Positions 57,102-64,000 of a DNA stretch of 64,000 bases are shown in pieces. Source of the DNA: Promethearchaeota archaeon (GTDB taxonomy: Archaea > Asgardarchaeota > Lokiarchaeia > Sigyniarchaeales > SOKP01). The translations under genes and the position numbers were made by a program. The stretch is from NCBI GenBank assembly GCA_048937405.1, contig JBHLNF010000001.1:512001-576000 (forward strand), read 5' to 3'. A model generated the notes under the pieces. It worked only from the letters and a program-made list of their open reading frames with translations. It was not told where the DNA came from and did no database searches. The stretch's first letter is position 1, and every line of letters begins with the position of its first letter.

Positions 57102-59609
57102 TTAATTAAGATAGGGACCTGTTTTGGACTTTTTATTCATTTTAATTTCAATTGGAGTTCCCTCTGCGATGACTTCTCCTCCTTTTGGTCCTCCATCAGG
57201 TCCTAATTCGATTATATAATCACAATATGAGAGGATCTCTGGATCATGCTCAATAATTAGAACAGTATTGCCCTCTTGAACTAATTTTTCAAGTAAATCT
57301 ATTAATTTAATTGTATCATAAAACGATAATCCAACAGTAGGTTCATCTAAAATGTAAAGAGATGACCCTTTTCTGATTTTCCCTAATTCTTTAGCCAATT
57401 TTACTCGTTGTGCTTCTCCTCCGCTAAGTGTTGGAGCAGGTTGTCCAAGTTCGATATAACCCATTCCAATCTCATCCAATATCTTAAGTACTTTTGAGAT
57501 ACCTTCTTGCGATTTAAACAACTGTGCTGCTTCATTAACAGTCATTTGAAGTACATCTGATATAGATTTTCCTTTATATTTAACTTCTAAAATTTCAAGT
57601 CTGTATCTTAATCCCTTGCACTCCTTACATGGAATTTCAAAACTAGTAAGAAAAGATACTTGTAGGTCTTGTACACCCTGCCCTTTACAAGCGGGACAAC
57701 GACCACGATCAGAATTATAAGAAAAATGTCCAGCGGTATACTTTCGTTTTTTAGCTTCACCAGTCTTTGCAAATAAGTTTCGAACCTTATCCCATATTCC
57801 TATAAAGGAACAAGGGGTTGAAGTACGAACTCGTGATATGGGTTTTTGATTAACAACAACTACTCCATCAATATTTTCCCACCCTTCTACTTGTCCAGAA
57901 TATTCTAATAAATCTCCGCCATTTTCTTCCTCTTCTTCACCATTTTCTCCCTTTTTATTAATCTTATTTTTTCCTTTTCTTCTAAAATATGGTCTCAATA
58001 AAGGAACTAATGTATCTAATATAAGAGAGCTTTTTCCAGACCCTGATACTCCAGCAATACCCACCATTACTCCTAAAGGAAATTTAATGGTCACATCTTT
58101 CAAATTGTTTGTGGTTGCATTCTTGAGTGTTAGATATTTCATATCACCTCCAATTTTCCTAACAATACTGGAATCTTTCTCAGGCAATGAAATAGTTTCA
58201 GCAAGAAATTGTCCTGTATATGATTCCTTAATCTTTTTAATTCCTTCAATTGTTCCTTGATAAACAATATTACCTCCATCAATACCTGCACCCGGACCAA
58301 TATCGATTATTTCATCTGCAATATCTATGAATCGTTTATCATGTTCAACAACAATAACAGTATTACCTAATTCCTTTAATTGTTGCAAAATATGAACTAA
58401 GGAATCTTTTTCTTTCTCATGCAAACTCATGCTGGGCTCATCTAAGATATAAACCAAGGAATCTAATCCTCCATCTAAATGAGACATTAGTGAGAGCCTT
58501 TGTAATTCTCCTCCACTTAGTGTAGGTAGGGAACGATGTAAATGTAAGTAAGATAATCCAACATTGATCATTCGGTTCAAACCTTGTTTAACATTTTCAA
58601 GCATAAATCTTCCTTGTGGACTTCTAATATCTTCATCTGTTAAATTATCAATGAAATATTTGAGTTCATCAATTGTCATTGTTGCAAGTTCCCCTATATG
58701 TCTATCCGCAATTTTTATTTCCCTTGCTTCTTCATTAATACGAAATCCTTGGCATTCATCACACTTCTTCTTAGACATATATTCTTTAGTAATTTTATTC
58801 TTTCTATATGCACTCTTACCTTCTGTCATCGCACGTTTCATATGGGGGATTATCCCTTCAAATACTCTTTCTAATTCTCCTTGAAATGTTTTTGATTCCC
58901 ACGAAAACTTAAACTTCTTACCTTTACTCCCATAAATATATAGGTCTTTAATTTCTTGTGGCAAATCCTTATAAGGAGTCTTAATGTTAAAATCAAAGAA
59001 ATTTGGAAGTTGTTCAACAAATCTTATTTGATCAGCAAAGCATCCTGATCCAGCTTTAGTAATTTGTAGTAAATTTCTATTATAATCTTGAACAATCATT
59101 TGTTCTGTAAAATGCATCTCATATCCTCGACCTTTACATGCTAAACACATCCCAGAAGGTTCATTAAACGAAAAATGCTTAATTTGCTTACGTTCTACCA
59201 CCATCCCACATAAATCACATTCCAGAGTTGATTGATTTACTGGATCTTTGCAGATTGGACAGATTAGGATTCCTTCTGTAGCATATAACATTCGGATTAG
59301 ACCATATATCCCAGTTTTAGTACCAACTGTAGATCGTGGGTTAAATACTCTTGTAGTCCTCTGCTCAACCGCCACAGTTGGGCTTAAGCCTTCAATCATA
59401 TCAAAAGGTTTTTCATCTTCAAACTTGGGAGGAAATCCAATGGACTGGAGATACCGATTCATTCCCTCATCAAATATTATATCGAATGCTAAGCTAGACT
59501 TTCCTGAGCCAGATACTCCTGTAATAAGGATCATCTTTCCCTTAGGAATATCTACATCTATATCCTTTAAATTATGTATTCTTGCTCCTCTTACTTTTAT
59601 AACATCCAT
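57102..59609 (-). CDS. uvrA: UvrA-like ATPase, class II/DrrC type (UvrB-binding domain absent)
   Basis: GARIHNLK, two Walker A motifs, LSGGE twice; CPIC..CDLC are adjacent, with no intervening UvrB-binding domain. Confidence 0.88.
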   Translation of the reverse strand: MDVIKVRGARIHNLKDIDVDIPKGKMILITGVSGSGKSSLAFDIIFDEGMNRYLQSIGFPPKFEDEKPFDMIEGLSPTVAVEQRTTRVFNPRSTVGTKTGIYGLIRMLYATEGILICPICKDPVNQSTLECDLCGMVVERKQIKHFSFNEPSGMCLACKGRGYEMHFTEQMIVQDYNRNLLQITKAGSGCFADQIRFVEQLPNFFDFNIKTPYKDLPQEIKDLYIYGSKGKKFKFSWESKTFQGELERVFEGIIPHMKRAMTEGKSAYRKNKITKEYMSKKKCDECQGFRINEEAREIKIADRHIGELATMTIDELKYFIDNLTDEDIRSPQGRFMLENVKQGLNRMINVGLSYLHLHRSLPTLSGGELQRLSLMSHLDGGLDSLVYILDEPSMSLHEKEKDSLVHILQQLKELGNTVIVVEHDKRFIDIADEIIDIGPGAGIDGGNIVYQGTIEGIKKIKESYTGQFLAETISLPEKDSSIVRKIGGDMKYLTLKNATTNNLKDVTIKFPLGVMVGIAGVSGSGKSSLILDTLVPLLRPYFRRKGKNKINKKGENGEEEEENGGDLLEYSGQVEGWENIDGVVVVNQKPISRVRTSTPCSFIGIWDKVRNLFAKTGEAKKRKYTAGHFSYNSDRGRCPACKGQGVQDLQVSFLTSFEIPCKECKGLRYRLEILEVKYKGKSISDVLQMTVNEAAQLFKSQEGISKVLKILDEIGMGYIELGQPAPTLSGGEAQRVKLAKELGKIRKGSSLYILDEPTVGLSFYDTIKLIDLLEKLVQEGNTVLIIEHDPEILSYCDYIIELGPDGGPKGGEVIAEGTPIEIKMNKKSKTGPYLN

Positions 59610-59625
59610 TATATAACTCCTATTT

Positions 59626-60297
59626 TCATTTTATTTTTTGCAATACATAAGTTGTACAATCAAAACCGCTTGGATTTTTTTTTACCATTTCTATTTCTCT
59701 TAAATGTCGTCTTATCTCTTCAATCTCATCAATTTTATTATATTTTTCACGTAAAATATTAATTTTTTTTTCTAAGGGAGCATAATATTCCTTCCACCAA
59801 CACTCATCTTCCCAAGGTATTTGTTTCACTATTTTAAAACCGTATTTTGGATACTGCTTTATCTTCTTATCTACCCAATTATTAACCTCCCCAGTAATCA
59901 TATAACCATTTCCTTTTAGAATTCTAATACATTCAGTCATAACTTTCTTGAAATCAAGAAGATGTATTACTCCTTCCTCCCAGAGAATATCAAATGTCTC
60001 ATCTGCGAATTGAGTATCATATGCAGATCGATTAAATATTTTTACTCTATTTTTAAGTCCTTTTTCCTTAATCTTTTGATTTAATTTATCTAAGGCATCC
60101 TGATTGACATCAATCCCGATTATTTCTCCATTGCTTAGCTCGGCTAGCTCTAAGGTGGGCATACCTGTTCCACATCCAATATCAAGGATATGAGGTTTAT
60201 CCATCTCAGGAATACTTTTAAATGCTTCTCTCGTATATTTAAGAAACACTGAACGAAAACCTTCAACATCTAAATCATTCAATATTTCTTCAGACAT
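59626..60297 (-). CDS. class I SAM-dependent methyltransferase
   Basis: ILDIGCGTG and FDILWEEG motifs. Confidence 0.88.
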   Translation of the reverse strand: MSEEILNDLDVEGFRSVFLKYTREAFKSIPEMDKPHILDIGCGTGMPTLELAELSNGEIIGIDVNQDALDKLNQKIKEKGLKNRVKIFNRSAYDTQFADETFDILWEEGVIHLLDFKKVMTECIRILKGNGYMITGEVNNWVDKKIKQYPKYGFKIVKQIPWEDECWWKEYYAPLEKKINILREKYNKIDEIEEIRRHLREIEMVKKNPSGFDCTTYVLQKIK

Positions 60298-60315
60298 TTA
60301 TATTCACCTTTTCTT

Positions 60316-61482
60316 TTAAATTGCATTTTTTATAATTTCCCAAGCGTTTGTTTCTAAATCACACCATTCCTGAATACCTTTATTTATCTCAGGAATACGT
60401 TGTCTCCATGAATTAGTTTCCTTCAGAGCACCTTTTAAAGCTATTTCAGCTTCTTCATCAATCTTTACTAATTGTTTTTGATAGTCTTTTTCACCTTTTT
60501 CGGTAATATCCCCACTCTTTAGATATAATTCTCTCAATTTTGCTATATTAGGTAAATCATCTGGTAGTATTTGATGCTCTACTTCTCTCAATTTAATTAT
60601 TATATTATCATAAACATCAGCAGCTTTTAGGAGACCATCATTATTTAGGAGTTCTCCCGCCTCTTTCAAGAAATCTCGATATAATATGCGGAACATAGCA
60701 CCTCCAGTACCACCAGTCTCCATATAAATAAACACACTGACTAAGCCATATAATAGATCATTATCATTAAAGCCGGCCCACGTAGGGAGCATTTCACGCC
60801 ATTTCTGAAATCCTTTCAACCCCATATTACGTATAGGGGGATTAAACATAAAATTTGCATTTGCTTTAATTGATGCTGGAATGCTTTTTTTAATATCCTT
60901 CACTTTTTTTGGCAGTATTATTTCAACTAACTTGTTTTTCGCAGGAAATGGTGCATACTTGCTTGCTCTAGCAGTTTTAAGTTGAGAATATGTCATTATA
61001 TGCGGATTAGCATATCTATCCGATATATATGCTTCATCTTTATCTTCATCTATCCCATATATTACAAAAGTATGGGCTCCAAAGTGCCCTGAACCTTCAT
61101 TTGGTATGGGTGTTCCCTCTGCAAAGAAGAAAGGTAAGTATGCAAAATCAACAAACGTTATAGTTGGCTGTCCCTTTTGTAATATACTTACCAAATTATT
61201 GTGTGCTGAATTTATAGAGGCAGTTTCTGTTATTTTCACATTCCCTCCTAAAAGAGGTAGCATCCTTTCAAAAATTTCAGTATTTTTTACACTCATTCCT
61301 AACACCATTGGAAAGGGCATATTTTTCATATAGAAATAAAAAAAACCCAGTCCTGAACACAAACCTAAAATCATTGGTTCAGAAATGTCTATATTATAAT
61401 ATGCAAGCACTTTCCTTAAACTCGATAGCTGACAATTTGCACCAGCCATATGTTTAAAATCGTCTATTACTATTCTAACCAT
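60316..61482 (-). CDS. BtrH N-terminal (papain-like C39-type) + DUF4872-like protein
   Basis: NCQLSSL, ISEPMILGL, HFGAH and ETGGTGGAMFRILY motifs. Confidence 0.8.
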   Translation of the reverse strand: MVRIVIDDFKHMAGANCQLSSLRKVLAYYNIDISEPMILGLCSGLGFFYFYMKNMPFPMVLGMSVKNTEIFERMLPLLGGNVKITETASINSAHNNLVSILQKGQPTITFVDFAYLPFFFAEGTPIPNEGSGHFGAHTFVIYGIDEDKDEAYISDRYANPHIMTYSQLKTARASKYAPFPAKNKLVEIILPKKVKDIKKSIPASIKANANFMFNPPIRNMGLKGFQKWREMLPTWAGFNDNDLLYGLVSVFIYMETGGTGGAMFRILYRDFLKEAGELLNNDGLLKAADVYDNIIIKLREVEHQILPDDLPNIAKLRELYLKSGDITEKGEKDYQKQLVKIDEEAEIALKGALKETNSWRQRIPEINKGIQEWCDLETNAWEIIKNAI

Positions 61483-61492
61483 TTTTTTACAC

Positions 61493-62629
61493 CTAATTTT
61501 TAATTTTTGATAATTTCTTGAAAGCTTGTTCTTCTTTTTTAGTAATATTTTTTGCTATATTATGCAGTTCAACAAAATCTACATGATTTAAACAATTATA
61601 CTTATGTTGATCACAAGCATTCTTCAAAGTTTGTGCAATAAAAGTCCAGTCTTGTGCTGATTCATTAATAATCGGAATGCATTCTTTAAGAATACCGAAC
61701 TCATCGGAGTTCCATGCTCTTCGACCTTCTTTAAGCTCAGGATAAGAAAGTAATTCTTCTAGGAAATCTTTATATAGCTTGCGAAAAGACCCACCTCCTG
61801 TCCCCCATGTCTCTATGTAGCCAAAAGTAAGTTCAAACATTAAATGCGCTAAAGAGATTTCTTCCCCTTTTGAATTTGTTATGTTTTTATTTAGCTTATC
61901 TTTCCAAGTGGGTATAGAATTTGCAAATTGCTTTAATCCTTGGATACCATTATTATTACTGGAAGGTCTTAACATATTTGTTACTACTTTTTGAATCGCT
62001 AGTTTTACTCCCGCTGATAAAGGTGGGTATTTACCATCGGGACGAGGGGTCATAAAAAACTGAGTATTTTTTGGATGTAAAAACTTAGGTCCATACATAG
62101 AACTCCTTGCTCTTTTTAAAATATCTATAGAGACTTCTTGAAATCCTTCAAATTCAGTGTCTCCTATATACGCTATTCCCTTCTCCTCATTATATCCCCC
62201 TAGTGTTACTGTATGTCCTCCAAAATGAGCTACATCTAGTTCTTCATCAAATCCTTCATAAGGCATATAAGCAATATCTACTCTCAAAATAAGAGGAATA
62301 TCTTGATCTAATATTCTTTTTGATTCCTGCCATGCTTTATCTGGATTTGTAAAAGATTGTTTTCTAAGTGTGATGCCCAACAATCGACAAGCAAGACTAT
62401 TTGGTTCAATTGTACCTTGCTTTCCTCCCAAGAAAAAAGGTATCTCAGATTCAGGAATAAAAGATGCTTGACTGGTTGTATCGAAAAATCCAAAACCCAT
62501 AGTCCCATCTAACCCAAATGCCATGGGTTCAGACATTGGAAATCTGTAATATTCAAAAAGATCTCTCATTGAACTAGACTCACAGTGATAACCAATTCTA
62601 TGGACTAAATTTTTTACCCTATGTGCCAT
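61493..62629 (-). CDS. BtrH N-terminal (papain-like C39-type) + DUF4872-like protein
   Basis: HCESSSMRDL, SEPMAFGL, HFGGH and ETWGTGGGSFRKLY motifs. Confidence 0.82.
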   Translation of the reverse strand: MAHRVKNLVHRIGYHCESSSMRDLFEYYRFPMSEPMAFGLDGTMGFGFFDTTSQASFIPESEIPFFLGGKQGTIEPNSLACRLLGITLRKQSFTNPDKAWQESKRILDQDIPLILRVDIAYMPYEGFDEELDVAHFGGHTVTLGGYNEEKGIAYIGDTEFEGFQEVSIDILKRARSSMYGPKFLHPKNTQFFMTPRPDGKYPPLSAGVKLAIQKVVTNMLRPSSNNNGIQGLKQFANSIPTWKDKLNKNITNSKGEEISLAHLMFELTFGYIETWGTGGGSFRKLYKDFLEELLSYPELKEGRRAWNSDEFGILKECIPIINESAQDWTFIAQTLKNACDQHKYNCLNHVDFVELHNIAKNITKKEEQAFKKLSKIKN

Positions 62630-63254
62630 TTCTTATTTCCTCATTAGAATTATAATCATCAGGTCCAATTTGACCTCCAATTTTTTTAATATCCTCTAAG
62701 ACCATCTTGAAGAATTTTTCATCAGTTTTTAAGACTTCAATTGGGTGAATAAAAAGACCAGTTACATTAATAGGCATTCCTGCATAACTTCTTATCATGT
62801 CATCTAACATTTTTTCTAATTCCTTTCTATTTTTCTTAACAATTTTTAATGAATTGGAAAATACCTTAACTTGCTCCTCAAGAATAAGAATCGGAAACAT
62901 AGAAAATGCAACATAAAAATCTTCATCATTCTTACCCATGTAATTATATAAAACATTGTACACTTTTTTTTTTAAAATATCATAACCATAGTTTGTGATT
63001 TGATATATTTTTCTGGTTCTTCCATCAATTTTTTCTTCATAGCTTTGGACTAAATCATCGTTCTCTAGGCGATCTAATGTTCGGTATATAGTAGACAATG
63101 AAAAACCTACTCCTATATTTGTCCAATCTCGCATTCCTCTTTCTTCAATTCTCTTATTAATATCATATACATGGCATCCACCCTCGTACATCTTTTCATT
63201 TACTAAGCCTAATAAGACAAATGCTTGATGTTTTAATTCATAATTTTCTCCCAA
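62619..63254 (-). CDS. PadR family transcriptional regulator
   Basis: VLLGL..YDINK..STIYRTLDRLE..RKIYQIT. Confidence 0.88.
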   Translation of the reverse strand: MGENYELKHQAFVLLGLVNEKMYEGGCHVYDINKRIEERGMRDWTNIGVGFSLSTIYRTLDRLENDDLVQSYEEKIDGRTRKIYQITNYGYDILKKKVYNVLYNYMGKNDEDFYVAFSMFPILILEEQVKVFSNSLKIVKKNRKELEKMLDDMIRSYAGMPINVTGLFIHPIEVLKTDEKFFKMVLEDIKKIGGQIGPDDYNSNEEIRNGT

Positions 63255-63532
63255 TTTACTTCACCATTAAAGACTGATCAAATTCTTCGTAATTTCTATC
63301 TTAGGTCTTCAAGACTTTTTATTCATTTATATTTGCATTTTATTAATTTTGAAAATATTCTATATATGCAAAATATGAATAATGAATATATAAATATTTG
63401 CAAAAAGTGAAATATGACAATATTCATCATTAAAATTATCTATTATATATCAATTTATTTTAATATTGAAGTCGTCATATTAATCCAAGTAAAATTCAAT
63501 TTTAACTAAAAGAAAAAAGCAGGAGATCAAAA

Positions 63533-64000
63533 ATCAAGGAAAGTGAAGAATTAGAGCTTTTAATTAGAAGATTTTATGAAGAAAATCCTTTAGATGTTGA
63601 AATTTATAAAAATGAACATAGAAAAAGAACAAGATCTTATATGAAAGGTGATCTGATTATTTCAATTATCTTCATAACAATTTTCCTAATTTTACACTTT
63701 ACAATTAGAACAAAAACTCTAAATATTATTACTATAGAAATTTTCTTAGCAATTTTTGGTGTTTTAGGACTTGTGTTTCGTTTCTTGCTTTCCTTCAGAT
63801 TAAGAGAGGATTATGATATGGGAAAATGGGTTTTAAAGGAGATAAAGGGGGCTTGTAAGGGATGCAAAATCAATAAGAATTCTTTCATTCCTAATAAGCG
63901 TGTCACCCCAAAACGAGAGAGAGAACCAATAGCTTGGAGAGAAGTAGAATCCATTGATATTCAAATCTTGTATCAACCTCCTTCCTCTGATGAGGTGTCT
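63533..64000 (+). CDS. membrane protein, 5' part (runs off the window); possible ATC start, first ATG at 63641
   Basis: Frame open from 63506 to the window end, two hydrophobic segments; AGGAG at 63521..63525, 7 nt before ATC. Confidence 0.6.
   Translation, partial: MKESEELELLIRRFYEENPLDVEIYKNEHRKRTRSYMKGDLIISIIFITIFLILHFTIRTKTLNIITIEIFLAIFGVLGLVFRFLLSFRLREDYDMGKWVLKEIKGACKGCKINKNSFIPNKRVTPKREREPIAWREVESIDIQILYQPPSSDEVS

Noticed and set aside
63300-63420. TTTGCAT/ATGCAAA motifs upstream of padR as an operator
   Set aside because: Spacing is irregular and the region is extremely AT-rich; not distinguishable from background

Overview
A strongly AT-rich archaeal chromosomal segment, most likely from an Asgard archaeon of the Lokiarchaeia. 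The basis for this is an actin homolog, a profilin-like domain, a Loki-CTERM-type surface protein, a small GTPase, archaeal tRNAs with bulge-helix-bulge (BHB) introns and AGGTG/AGGAG Shine-Dalgarno (SD) motifs. Main contents: two tRNA genes carrying five introns at non-canonical positions; housekeeping and metabolic genes (MutY, TatD, ThyA, Maf, RimK-like, radical SAM, CoA-transferase-GNAT); an SMC5/6-like SMC-kleisin-KITE operon with a pseudo-AAA gene; an ArsR/ACR3 cluster; an ABC exporter; an actin gene cluster; a leuACDB operon; and a PadR-BtrH-BtrH-MTase-UvrA-UvrA-alpha/alpha-barrel operon. The four most notable observations are: (1) an unannotated 33-codon leader peptide ending in seven consecutive Leu codons, followed by a long hairpin, directly upstream of leuA, which suggests ribosome-mediated attenuation in an archaeon; (2) an actin cluster that encodes a profilin-TrmB HTH fusion, with a TTGTCAC-N6-GTGACAA palindrome abutting the actin TATA box, which suggests actin-sensing transcriptional control; (3) several genes, including actin, that appear to start at ATT/ATA/ATC codons; (4) a 42-bp duplication of a gene 3' end bracketing one cargo gene. 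No CRISPR array, rRNA or recognisable transposase/integrase was seen. All family calls come from motif recognition by eye, not from database searches.
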